Source of the DNA: Eledone cirrhosa | Lineage: Eukaryota | Direction of reading: 5' to 3' | Assembly: GCA_964016885.1 (NCBI GenBank) | Contig: OZ024743.1 | Coordinates: forward strand, 344,906,001 to 344,970,000 | Length of the DNA: 64,000 nucleotides | Part shown: in pieces, positions 1-12,780 of the stretch | Numbering within the stretch: the first letter of the stretch is position 1 | Layout: each line of letters opens with the position of its first letter | Translations under genes and position numbers: made by a program | Notes under the pieces: generated by a model | The model's database searches: none | Told to the model about the DNA's origin: nothing | The model's input: the letters and a program-made list of their open reading frames with translations, nothing else

Positions 1-290
1 AAAGTTAACCTCGGCAGGATTTGAACTCTGATCATAAAGGGAGGTAACACTATGCTTCAAAGCATGGCGTCTGACCCTCTACCGATACTGCCAAATAATG
101 ATTTCTACCATAGACACAAAGCCAGCAATTTTGGGGGCGGGGAAAGTCGATTAAATCAACCCCAATGTGCGACTGGTACTTATTTTATCGAACCCGTAAG
201 GATGAAAGGCAAAGTAATCCTAGCCGGATTTGAACACAGACAGTGAGGGGCCGTAACTTTATGCTGTATCTCCCGATACTGCCAACGAGA
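1..290 (-). mobile_element. Two tandem tRNA-derived SINE copies (octopus OK-like)
   Basis: Reverse complement of the A-box TGGCAGTATCGG and B-box GAGTTCAAATCC, with core TTGCCTTTCATCC..GTCGATAAAATAAGTACCAG. Confidence 0.8.
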
Positions 291-558
291 TAAGAATAGC
301 ACATGCCTCCTGTACTTTTATATACTACTATATACCAAACCTATGTATATAGTATGAAAGAAATTATCTTCTTTTCTTAAACTGTACTATTTTTCTATTC
401 CTTTTTCTTTCCCTATCTTTCATTCTACCTTCCGATGAAAGACTAACTTCCGATACGTCAAGACTGTTTTTCTACTAATTAATCTAAAACGTATCATCAT
501 TGTGCTGGGCATTTCTCTCATGTTGATTTTTCTCGTTAATTTCCTCATAGGTAAACAC

Positions 559-644
<86 letters not shown>

Positions 645-715
645 GTATATATATATTAGTTACGTGTGTAACTAATATATATGTATATATATATTAGTTA
701 CGTGTGTAACTAATA

Positions 716-756
<41 letters not shown>

Positions 757-794
757 ATTAAAATACTGGCCGATAATACTTCTTGTTGTTTTAA

Positions 795-836
795 TTGCCC
801 TGATGAGTCCTTAATAGGACGAAACATTATTGGCTA
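795..836 (+). ncRNA. Hammerhead ribozyme motif with degenerate stem III
   Basis: GCC-CTGATGA-GTCCT(TAAT)AGGAC-GAAA-CATTA-TT-GGC, then AATAAA. Confidence 0.65.
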
Positions 837-1077
837 ATAAAGACTTTTGATGTATTGAAGGCTTCTTTGTTTTACTTTCATATATATATGTATATATATA
901 TATTAGTTACGTGTGTAACAACAGTTACAGGCGGCTCTCTGTTCGAATCACTCAATGTTGTTACGAGGTCCGTCTCACGTTAGTTTGTATTCCTGTTAAT
1001 GCGTCTGTAGTGTGCAGGGTGTACACAGAGTAAATACATTGGAAGTTAGTGTTGCAGCATAAGTACAATCTTTATTG

Positions 1078-1167
1078 GCATATTACAATTGTTTCGATAT
1101 TGATCAGTTCGGGGTACAATCAAGATGACCGGGGCGCGACTGATTTTCGACATCTCCTCAGATATGC
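1078..1167 (-). ncRNA. Type I hammerhead ribozyme motif (Penelope-like minimal form)
   Basis: Minus strand: GCATAT-CTGAGGA-long stem II (GATGTCG..ATCAGT / ACTGAT..CAATATC)-GAAA-CAATTG-TA-ATATGC, then AATAAA. Confidence 0.8.
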
Positions 1168-1287
1168 GAGTTTATGTGTGCGAAGACACTGTACGACGTA
1201 CTGTTCGATACTGAAACAATTGTAATATGCCAATAAAGTTTATACACATTTTGCAAAACTGACTTTGATTCCCCCCCCCCCCTCTCT

Positions 1288-1341
<54 letters not shown>

Positions 1342-1413
1342 GTGTGTGTAAAAGAAAGAGTGAGATACGTATGTATATATATTATATGTATCTATCCATA
1401 CTCACATATAGTG

Positions 1414-1475
<62 letters not shown>

Positions 1476-2085
1476 GTGGATATCTATAAATAGCTTTTTT
1501 ATAATGAAATTATACTCCATTTGGTCGGGTTGCCATAAAGTTTTCCTGTTGATCATACCTTATATGGTGTGAAATCAAACCATGGCTGACAACAAAATAT
1601 ATCAACCTCAACAAGTTTCCAATATGGCTGTTCGATGCCATACGTTGAAGCTCGAGATGTCATACATGTATTGGAGAAGGAAAAGAATCAATGTAAGGGC
1701 GACAAACTTGATGAGTTATTTCCCTTCGAAGTACTGAGAAGTATATATTACGGGTATATTGGAAGTTAGAATAGAAATAACACTAAAAAGACATCTGTGG
1801 ATGTGTCTATTACTATAGGTCATTCCGGTTGGGTGAAAGATGAACCAGAAGGTGCGTGTTCCAGAATGCAAGACAATATTTTATGAAATGAAGATAGGTT
1901 GTGAATATTTTCATGTTGGAGTTTAGATACACGTGAAGAATTGGAAACTATCTAGTGTATTCTTTAATGTAGACCTTAGATTTCTCAAGCAGGCTCCAAT
2001 TGATATGGCGCTGTTTCTTTTCTCCATATATATATATTTAAACTCCATATATATATATATATATACAAATCACATATGGACACAT

Positions 2086-2536
2086 AATTGTTTCTAGTTT
2101 TTTGGCACAAGGCCAGCAATTACCCAGTACATTACTGGTACTTTATTTCATCGACCCCCGTAAGGATGAAAAGCAAAGTTAACCTCGGCGGGATTTGAAC
2201 TCAGTTCATAAAGGGACATAACTATGCTAGAAAGTATGGCGTCTGACCCTCTACCGATACTGCCAATTCACCACATAATTGTTTCTACGTTAGGCACAAG
2301 GCCAGCAATTACCCAGTACATTACTGGTACTTTATTTTATCGACCCCGTAAGGATGAAAGGCAAAGTTAACCTCGGCGAGATTTGAACTCAGACCGTAAA
2401 GGGACGTAACTATGCTAGAAAGCCAATTCATCACCTAGTTATTTCTACTTTTGGCACAAGGCCAGCAATTACCCAGTACATTACTGGTACTTTATTTTAT
2501 CGACCCCGTAAGGATGAAAGGCAAAGTTAACCTCGA
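2086..2536 (-). mobile_element. Three head-to-tail SINE copies (2086-2274, 2277-2434, 2438-2536)
   Basis: Repeated AATTGTTTCTAC..GGCACAAGGCCAGCAATTACCCAGTACATTACTGGTAC..GGATGAAAGGCAAAGTTAACCTCG. Confidence 0.88.
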
Positions 2537-2939
2537 TAATGATATATACTCAGACACTGTTACTACAAATACCAAAAGCAACATCTCAAACAGCAGCAGC
2601 ACCCCAGCACTACTACTATAGGTCAGTATTAAATGGACTGTATGGATAGTGAGAAAGTTCCGTGGTAAATGTTCGATTAGTCATTGGTATGCATGAATAT
2701 GTGTCTCTGTATGTGTCTGTGCCTTTGTAAATATTTTTCTACGTATATGTGGTGTGTATATAAATGTATGTGCCTAGGTAAGTGCGTGTCCATGAATAAG
2801 TGATTGTGTCAGTGAGCGAATGTATATGTGTGTAACCAGTAGGTGTTTGTGTTTGTCGATCTATCTGTGTATATGTGAATAGGTGTCACTAAACATGTGA
2901 GTATGCTTCCATGTATGTGTGTAAATGTATATGTATTCA

Positions 2940-2949
2940 AACACGCACA

Positions 2950-2989
<40 letters not shown>

Positions 2990-3480
2990 TACACACAGAG
3001 ACTCACACATACACTCACACATACACTCACACAGACACACAGGAATACACACACGCACACACACATACTCACAGAGACTCACACAGACACACACACACAG
3101 ACACACACACACATGCATACACAGACGCGCGCACACACACACATAGACTCACACAGACACACACTCACGGACACACACACAGGCATACGATACGCACACA
3201 CACACACACACACAGATACACACAGAGACTCACACAGACACACACAGAGACACACACACAGAAACACACACAGACACACACACAGACACACACACAGACA
3301 CACACACACATGCATACACACACGCACACACACACATAGACTCACACAGACACACACTCACGGACACACACACAGGCATACAATACGCACACACACACAC
3401 ATATACACACACATACTCACACAGAGACTCACACAGACTCACACAGAGACTCACACAGAAACACACACACACACATTCAT
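2940..3480. repeat. Compound (CA)n-derived repeat with an internal ~115-bp duplication
   Basis: The block CATAGACTCACACAGACACACACTCACGGACACACACACAGGCATAC occurs at ~3142 and ~3335. Confidence 0.85.
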
Positions 3481-3619
3481 GTATGTATATGTCGAAGTGT
3501 GCGTATTTTTCCTGTTTGTTACCATACGCCCATGTATACGTTGTGTGTACGTATAGGTATGAGTATACAAGTGTGTGTTGATTTACTGTATAGTTACCGA
3601 GAGGACAGAGCATGGAAAA

Positions 3620-3880
3620 ATTTATAAGAGACTCGCTTTGGAGTCATTAGATCCCCGGTTCGATTCCTGTTTATGGCATTATGGGTAATTTCCATTTATC
3701 ATATCCTCGAGTTGATCCATGCCCGGTGAGCTAATCTGGGTAGGTAGAAACTTTTTAAAAGCCCATGGGTTAGATTGTAACTACATTTCAAAGGACCAGA
3801 TTCGTCATACGCTGTCTCAAGCTGAATCTCCCCGAGAAGTACGTTAAAGATAAAGATCTCGGGGGAATTCTCAGTCATTT
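3620..3880 (+). mobile_element. Highly diverged tRNA-headed SINE of another family
   Basis: B-box-like GGTTCGATTCC at ~3657-3667, followed by non-repetitive body; family assignment is tentative. Confidence 0.35.
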
Positions 3881-4273
3881 ACACGTAGATTTCATGAGCA
3901 AGATGTTCCGTTGATCTATGTATGTGTATGTATTGCAGAATCTATGTAGTTGTAGATTATAATATGTACTTGAACTGACACGAAGATATATAGCAATACA
4001 GACTTCAACACGGAATACACGAACGGACACGAACACGCATATATACACACGCACACACAATCAAAAACGCATACACTTTCAAGCACACGAATACAGCACA
4101 TACAAGCGTGCATATAAATACATACAAAATGTTATATATGCACAAACACATCTGAGCACTTATACACATAGATACAACATACAAGCAAGGTATATACAGA
4201 CAAATATAGACACATATACATGGATACACATACACTCCCATATGTACACTCAACCACACACACACACATACAC

Positions 4274-4328
<55 letters not shown>

Positions 4329-4356
4329 TATATATATATAGATATATATATACATA

Positions 4357-4415
<59 letters not shown>

Positions 4416-4422
<7 letters not shown>

Positions 4423-5430
4423 GATATTAAATAAATGGAAACTATGTTTATAAAACCATATTTATTCTATTATATATATTTCAAGGGTACCAACAATTTG
4501 GTACACTCATCAGATAAAATACAAAGTTTGTTTTATAAATATTGGCATAACCAAGAAAAGATACCTTAACGGTTCAAGTTTTTCTTGGATATAATATATT
4601 ATATTATAATATATTATATACTATATTATATAAAATATATTATAATGTAATATGTATGATAAAATATATAACTTCGCTAAATTAACAATATTCTGAAAAC
4701 AATATCAATGTTAGAACAAAATATTTGAATCTACAAATTGTTCTCTTACAACTTGAACTACGTGTTTTTTTATGTAAAATGCAGAATCAACATCCTTCGT
4801 AACTCATATGAGAAATGTAAAGAACTAATAATTGTAACTTATTTCTATTTCTATAATTCTTATATATGCACAATTATTAATCTATATAGATATTTGTATA
4901 CTTACAACCTGTTGTAAGGTAATAAGATAAAATCTACTTAAAACCATAAATCTTCATATAATCTAATTAATTATATATACAATATTATAACTCATAATAT
5001 AGCTAAATAAATTTAAATTCTGGAATCATATTCCACCATTCCCGCAAATTGTTAATTCCTTTTAAATTAACGTAACATCAAGCACTTCTTTCGTTTTTTT
5101 CTTCTTCCTTCTTATACATACATATATCCTAATTATATAAATTCTGCCTAGCGTCTAAAAATAACGTTTTTTCAGCCCTATACCTCTACCTCATTTGCAT
5201 ACTCATCTTAATAATTTGAAATATCTGACTTTTCTTCTCTTTTCCTTCACTATCCAAGAAAAACTTGAACCGTTAAGGTATCTTTTCTTGGTTATGTCAA
5301 TATTTATAAAACAAACTTTGTATTTTATCTGATGAGAGCGTACCAAAGTTTTGGTACCCTTGAAATATATATAATAGAATAAATATGGTTTTATAAATAT
5401 AGTTTCCATTTATTTAATATCATTGAATAT
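4416..5430. repeat. Long inverted repeat (~175-bp arms, 4416-4591 and 5251-5430) around a ~660-bp AT-rich spacer
   Basis: The arms are reverse complements with few mismatches; each contains a hammerhead motif. Confidence 0.9.
5321..5381 (+). ncRNA. Type I hammerhead ribozyme motif (mirror copy on the minus strand at 4463-4521)
   Basis: TATTTTAT-CTGATGA-GAGCGTACCA(AAGTTT)TGGTACCCTT-GAAA-TATATA-TA-ATAGAATA. Confidence 0.75.
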
Positions 5431-5517
5431 TATACTCCAGAAAAACTGTCGAGTGCTCTGAATCAGTTATGAACATTTATATTTGTTGAATTACCAACAC
5501 ATTGAATATCTCTTTAA

Positions 5518-5622
<105 letters not shown>

Positions 5623-6025
5623 TCCTTTTGTCGCTCACATTTCAACCAGGTTGGATGGTCTTTATCTCTCGTCTACGATTTCACAGAACTTATGTTCTTC
5701 GATTTCAGGGACTTGACTCCTTCTTCCTCACTTTTCGTTGCATTACTATTTTTGTTTGTTTGCATGTCTAGCTCGTTTCACCCTATTTTACGTGTCCCAA
5801 TGACTTTCTTTAGCCGTTGCTCGCACCAACCAGAGGTATATGATCTTTGAAGCGATGAAATATCAATGAAGGCTGGAAGATCACTGATGAAAGACTAATT
5901 TTATTCATATGTAACCCATTTGCAACCACGCAGCACGCCATTTTTTCATATATTTATATATTTTCCTCCTCTGTGACCCATCTGTTTCTCTGCTGGAAGA
6001 TTACTGATGAAGGAATAATTTTATT

Positions 6026-6058
<33 letters not shown>

Positions 6059-6062
<4 letters not shown>

Positions 6063-6358
6063 TGAGATGAGCAGAACGAACAAACATTAAACAATCCTTT
6101 AAATAAATTAAAAAATGATTTAAATAACTCATACGAGCTGGTAGTTGGCATTATAGTTGCAGACCGTGGGACTTAGTCCTATAGGATGGAAATAGCTATC
6201 TGATGAACTTTACTTTTCCGTTAGAAATTCCCTGAATTTCTAATCTTTTGTAAAGCGAAACCGCCGGTAATAGCATTATGAACAGGTAGATATTTAAATC
6301 ATTTTTTAATTTATTTAAAGGATTGTTTAATGTTTGTTTGTTCTGCTCATCTCAATTT
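6059..6358. repeat. Inverted repeat (~68-bp arms) enclosing a hammerhead motif
   Basis: AATTGAGATGAGCAGAAC..ATGATTTAAATA versus TATTTAAATCAT..GTTCTGCTCATCTCAATT. Confidence 0.9.
6195..6274 (+). ncRNA. Type I hammerhead ribozyme motif
   Basis: GCTAT-CTGATGA-ACTTTAC..GTAAAGC-GAAA-CCGCCGG-TA-ATAGC; stems I, II and III all pair, apart from an A-C closing pair in stem II. Confidence 0.8.
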
Positions 6359-6460
6359 TTATAGTTCTGGTATCTCAAATTAGTACCTTAGAACAACAAT
6401 TATATTGTAGACACCCTATATATCTCTATTGGTACTTAGTACTCAGAGAGATATTTACCT

Positions 6461-6521
<61 letters not shown>

Positions 6522-6633
6522 TCATAATTTTTTAATTCTTCGGCTCTGTTTAATTACATTGAGTTATACCTTTACTGTCATTTCTATAATACGAAGAGGG
6601 TGTTTAACTCCAACACACTCTAGTATTTCAATT

Positions 6634-6695
<62 letters not shown>

Positions 6696-7253
6696 TGCAA
6701 CTGCGTAAATAGAGAAATCGGCACATATATACAGAACCTCATATATATACATACAAATACACACGCATACACATAGATACATATAGAATTACATATATCC
6801 ATACAACTATGTATTTAGAAACACATACAGTTACACACATACACATACACATACATATACACATACACATACACCAACATTCAAACATTTATATATGCAG
6901 ACACATATAATACATGAACAGCCACATATATTCATACATACATCTACACATAGATTCACTTATAATCACACATATAGATACAACGAAACATACGCATAGA
7001 TATACGACGCTATTTATGTATACATTTAGAGACACATACACATATGCACACATACACATATGCACACATACACATATCCACACATACAAGCGCTTATATA
7101 CATACAAATATATATATTTGTATGTATATATATATGTATATACGCTTCTATGTGTGCATATCTACATGTGTCTCTCTCTGTCTATGCATGTGGCTGTATG
7201 TGTTTGTTTGAATGTATGTGAGTTCGTAGTGTTTATCGATGTGTATGTGTGTT

Positions 7254-7345
<92 letters not shown>

Positions 7346-8242
7346 CACATATGTATTTGTGTGTGTGTGTGTTTGTGCAAACACTCACATACACACCAAT
7401 GAACTTAAACACGCATATATTCAAATATACATACTAACACATACAACCACATTTACTTGTGTATATGTGTATATACATACACGCATACACATATACATAC
7501 ACACAGGTACATACAGAACTATAAACACACACATTCACCCACGTATGTAGGTAGAAGCATACATATCACATACACTTATACATACAACCAATTATATACA
7601 TACGCACACATATATAAACACACATATGTACAAAAATCGATAGTTTGACACACAGAGGATTACTAAGAATGATACAGTGTGATAGAAGATTTATAATGAC
7701 ACACGCACACAAATACACTCACAGAAACACACGGGCACTCTATACACAAGCATACATAGTCACATTAGACAAACACATTTCAACACACACACATACACAC
7801 ACACACACTGCAATACTCCGTTACTCTCATACCTTGACTAACACTACCACACACTTAACCAATTCCTCCACAAGCACCTATTACCACCATACCACCTCCT
7901 ACCACCACCACCACCACCAGCACCTTCACCAGCGCCACTATCCCCACCATAAACACCAGCACCAGCACCAGCACCACCAACACCACCACTACCAGCACCA
8001 CCAACACCACCACTACCAGCACCACCAACACCACCACCACCACCACCGCCACCACCAATCAATATCGTCCCTCCACGTCACCATTACCTCTCAAATATCC
8101 AATTTCAACAGTAACCAAATAGATTTTCATTAATTCGGCCAATGATGTCCAGCAGATTAAAACCACATACGGTCAGCAACAGTGTCCACACTACTCTGTC
8201 GTCTTGGTCACTCAATGTCTTGCTTACATTCTTTCTCACCAC

Positions 8243-9560
8243 CTCTCTCCTTTCACTAACTCTGTCGCTCTCCTCATCTCTATATCTCACCACCCAGCTC
8301 TCCATCTCTCTCTCCTTTCACTCACTCTGTCACTCTCCTTATCTCCACCTCTCTCCTTTCACTCACTCTGTCGCTCTCCTCATCTCTATATCTCTCCTTT
8401 CACTCACTCTGTCGCTCTCCTCATCTCTATATCTCTCCTTTCACTCACTCTGTCTCTCTCCTCATCTCTATATCTCTCCTTTCACTCACTCTGTCTCTCT
8501 CCTCATCTCTATATCTCTCCTTTCACTCACTCTGTCTCTCTCCTCATCTCTATATCTCTCCTTTCACTAACTCTGTCTCTCTCTTCATCTCTACATCTCT
8601 CCTTTCACTCACTCTGTCACTCTCCTCATCTCTATATCTCTCCTTTCACTAACTCTGTCTCTCTCCTCATCTCTACATCTCTCCTTTCACTCACTCTGTC
8701 ACTCTCCTCATCTCTATATCTCTCCTTTCACTAACTCTGTCTCTCTCCTCATCTCTACATCTCTCCTTTCACTCACTCTGTCACTCTCCTCATCTCTATA
8801 TCTCTCCTTTCACTCACTCTGTCTCTCTCCTCATCTCTATATCTCTCCTTTCACTCACTCTGTCACTCTCCTCATCTCTATATCTCTCCTTTCACTCACC
8901 CTGTCTCTCTCCTCATCTCTATATCTCTCCTTTCACTCACTCTGTCGCTCTCCTCATCTCTATATCTCTCCTTTCACTCACTCTGACTCTCTCCTCATCT
9001 CTATATCTCTCCTTTCACTAACTCTGTCTCTCTCCTCATCTCTATATCTCTCCTTTCACTCACTCTGTCACTCTCCTCATCTCTATATCTCTCCTTTCAC
9101 TCACCCCGTCTCTCTCCTCATCTCTATATCTTTCCTTTCACTCACTCTGTCACTCTCCCCATCTCTATATCTCTCCTTTCACTAACTCTGTCTTTCTCCT
9201 CATCTCTATATCTCTCCTTTCACTCACTCTGTCACTCTCCTCATCTCTATATCTCTCCTTTCACTCACTCTGTCTCTCTCCTCATCTCTATATCTCTCCT
9301 TTCACTCACTCTGTCACTCTCCCCATCTCTATATCTCTCCTTTCACTAACTCTGTCTCTCTCCTCATCTCTATATCTCTCCTTTCACTCACTCTGTCACT
9401 CTCGTAATCTCTATATCTCTCCTTTCACTAACTCTGTCTCTCTCCTCATCTCCATATCTCTCCTTTCACTAACTCTGTCTCTCTCCTCATCTCTATATCT
9501 CTCCACCCAGCTCTCCATCTCTCTCCCTTTCACTAACTCTATCACTCTCCTCATCTCAAC
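8243..9560. repeat. 41-bp pyrimidine-rich minisatellite, ~30 copies
   Basis: Unit CTCTCCTTTCACTCACTCTGTCTCTCTCCTCATCTCTATAT; period 41 (e.g. 8401 and 8442). Confidence 0.95.
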
Positions 9561-10620
9561 TCCGCTCACTATATATCTCTCTTTCGCATCATCCTCACTC
9601 GTTGACCGATCGAATTACTTACTTTCCACACCACACATATCTTGACCAATTGTAGCGAGAAGTTGTTACACGACCAATGACCAATGGCGAGTGATCGAGG
9701 ATCAGTGGGAGTGGGTAATATGTTCAACGAAAGACAAACACACTCTCCTTCAACAAATAGAAACGACATTGCATATGTGCTAGCACTTGTGGTAGTGTTG
9801 GTGCTGGTTGTGAAGGGGTGTCTTAATGATGGTGGTGGAGGTAACGATGATGTTGTTGGAGGTGGTGATTGTGGCGGTTGTGTTGGTGAGTTTAATGGTG
9901 GTGGAGGTGGCGATGTTGTTGTTGTTGGTGGTGATTGTCATGGGGTTGCGTTGGTGAGTTTAATGCTGTTGATGGTAACATTGATTGCGTAGGTGGTGGC
10001 TGTGAAGGGGTGTCTTAATAATGGTGGTGGAGGTGGCGATGTTGTTGTTGTTGGTGGTGATTGTCATGGTTGTGTTGGTGAGTTTAATGCTGTTGATGGT
10101 AACATTGGTTGCGTATGTGGTGGCTGTGAAGAGGTGTCGTCATTGTAGTGGTGGTGGTTGTGGTGATGCTGGTTATAGTGGGATACTCGAGCATAATAGT
10201 TGCTGTGGCGATTGTGATGGTTGTGTTTCTAAGCTTGATGTTGGTGGCGGTGGTGTTGGTGAAATATTAGTAGATAATGATTGTGGTGGTTTCGATGGTA
10301 AGCTTGGCGTTGTTGGTGTTTATGGTAGTAGTTATAATGTTGGTGGTTGTTCCGAAAATAGAGGTTGGTGTTGTGATGGTGACAATGATGGTGATGGGAT
10401 GTCTCTGGATAATAGTCGAGGAGGCGATGATTGTGATGGTTATGTTTCTAAGCTAGGCGGAAGTGGTGGCATGTTGGTGGTGCTCCTATGTTGCGGGATA
10501 ATATTTGTGGTGGTGATGAGGTGATGATTGTGGTGGTTGTGTTGGTAAGCCTGATAGCAGTGGTGTTGGTGATGGTTGTGAAAATGGAGAAGGCTGTTGA
10601 TAGTGACGATGGTGGTGGAG

Positions 10621-12780
10621 GGTTATTGGTAGATAATGCTGTTGGTGGAGGGTTATTGGTAGATAATGGTGTTGGTGGAGGGTTATTGGTAGATAATGGT
10701 GTTGGTGGAGGGTTATTGGTAGATAATGCTGTTGGTGGAGGGTTATTGGTGGATAATGCTGTTGGTGGAGGGTTATTGGTAGATAATGGTGTTGGTGGAG
10801 GGTTATTGGTAGATAATGCTGTTGGTGGAGGGTTATTGGTAGATAATGGTGTTGGTGGAGGGTTATTGGTAGATAATGGTGTTGGTGGAGGGTTATTGAT
10901 AGATAATGGTGTTGGTGGAGGGTTATTGGTAGATAATGCTGTTGCTGGAGGGTTATTGGTAGATAATGCTGTTGGTGGAGGGTTATTGGTAGATAATGCT
11001 GTTGGTGGAGGGTTATTGGTAGATAATGGTGTTGGTGGAGGGTTATTGGTAGATAATGCTGTTGGTGGAGGGTTATTGGTAGATAATGGTGTTGGTGGAG
11101 GGTTATTGGTAGATAATGGTGTTGGTGGAGGGTTATTGGTAGATAATGGTGTTGGTGGAGGGTTATTGATAGATAATGGTGTTGGTGGAGGGTTATTGAT
11201 AGATAATGGTGTTGGTGGAGGGTTATTGGTAGATAATGCTGTTGGTGGAGGGTTATTGGTAGATAATGCTGTTGGTGGAGGGTTATTGGTAGATAATGCT
11301 GTTGGTGGAGGGTTATTGGTAGATAATGGTGTTGGTGGAGGGTTATTGGTAGATAATGCTGTTGGTGGAGGGTTATTGGTAGATAATGGTGTTGGTGGAG
11401 GGTTATTGGTAGATAATGGTGTTGGTGGAGGGTTATTGATAGATAATGGTGTTGGTGGAGGGTTATTGGTAGATAATGCTGTTGGTGGAGGGTTATTGGT
11501 AGATAATGCTGTTGGTGGAGGGTTATTGGTAGATAATGCTGTTGGTGGAGGGTTATTGGTAGATAATGGTGTTGGTGGAGGGTTATTGGTAGATAATGCT
11601 GTTGGTGGAGGGTTATTGGTAGATAATGGTGTTGGTGGAGGGTTATTGGTAGATAATGGTGTTGGTGGAGGGTTATTGGTAGATAATGGTGTTGGTGGAG
11701 GGTTATTGATAGATAATGGTGTTGGTGGAGGGTTATTGGTAGATAATGCTGTTGGTGGAGGGTTATTGGTAGATAATGGTGTTGGTGGAGGGTTATTGAT
11801 AGATAATGGTGTTGGTGGAGGGTTATTGGTAGATAATGCTGTTGGTGGAGGGTTATTGGTAGATAATGCTGTTGGTGGAGGGTTATTGGTAGATAATGCT
11901 GTTGGTGGAGGGTTATTGGTAGATAATGGTGTTGGTGGAGGGTTATTGGTAGATAATGCTGTTGGTGGAGGGTTATTGGTAGATAATGGTGTTGGTGGAG
12001 GGTTATTGGTAGATAATGGTGTTGGTGGAGGGTTATTGATAGATAATGGTGTTGGTGGAGGGTTATTGGTAGATAATGCTGTTGGTGGAGGGTTATTGGT
12101 AGATAATGCTGTTGGTGGAGGGTTATTGGTAGATAATGCTGTTGGTGGAGGGTTATTGGTAGATAATGGTGTTGGTGGAGGGTTATTGGTAGATAATGCT
12201 GTTGGTGGAGGGTTATTGGTAGATAATGGTGTTGGTGGAGGGTTATTGGTAGATAATGGTGTTGGTGGAGGGTTATTGGTAGATAATGGTGTTGGTGGAG
12301 GGTTATTGATAGATAATGGTGTTGGTGGAGGGTTATTGGTAGATAATGCTGTTGGTGGAGGGTTATTGGTAGATAATGGTGTTGGTGGAGGGTTATTGAT
12401 AGATAATGGTGTTGGTGGAGGGTTATTGGTAGATAATGCTGTTGGTGGAGGGTTATTGGTAGATAATGCTGTTGGTGGAGGGTTATTGGTAGATAATGCT
12501 GTTGGTGGAGGGTTATTGGTAGATAATGGTGTTGGTGGAGGGTTATTGGTAGATAATGCTGTTGGTGGAGGGTTATTGGTAGATAATGGTGTTGGTGGAG
12601 GGTTATTGGTAGATAATGGTGTTAGTGGAGGGTTATTGGTAGATAATGCTGTTGGTGGAGGGTTATTGGTAGATAATGCTGTTGGTGGAGGGTTATTGGT
12701 AGATAATGCTGTTGGTGGAGGGTTATTGGTAGATAATGGTGTTGGTGGAGGGTTATTGGTAGATAATGGTGTTGGTGGCG
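10621..12780. repeat. 30-bp minisatellite, 72 units, with higher-order structure
   Basis: Unit GGTTATTGGTAGATAATG(C/G)TGTTGGTGGAG; exactly two units per 60-bp line over 36 lines. Confidence 0.97.

Noticed and set aside
5870-6030. Two GCTGGAAGAT.ACTGATGAA..TAATTTTATTC blocks as hammerheads
   Set aside because: Only the 5' core is present with no GAAA/UH half; possibly truncated relatives but not supportable.
10621-12780. CRISPR array
   Set aside because: Units are contiguous with no unique spacers, the context is eukaryotic, and there are no cas genes.
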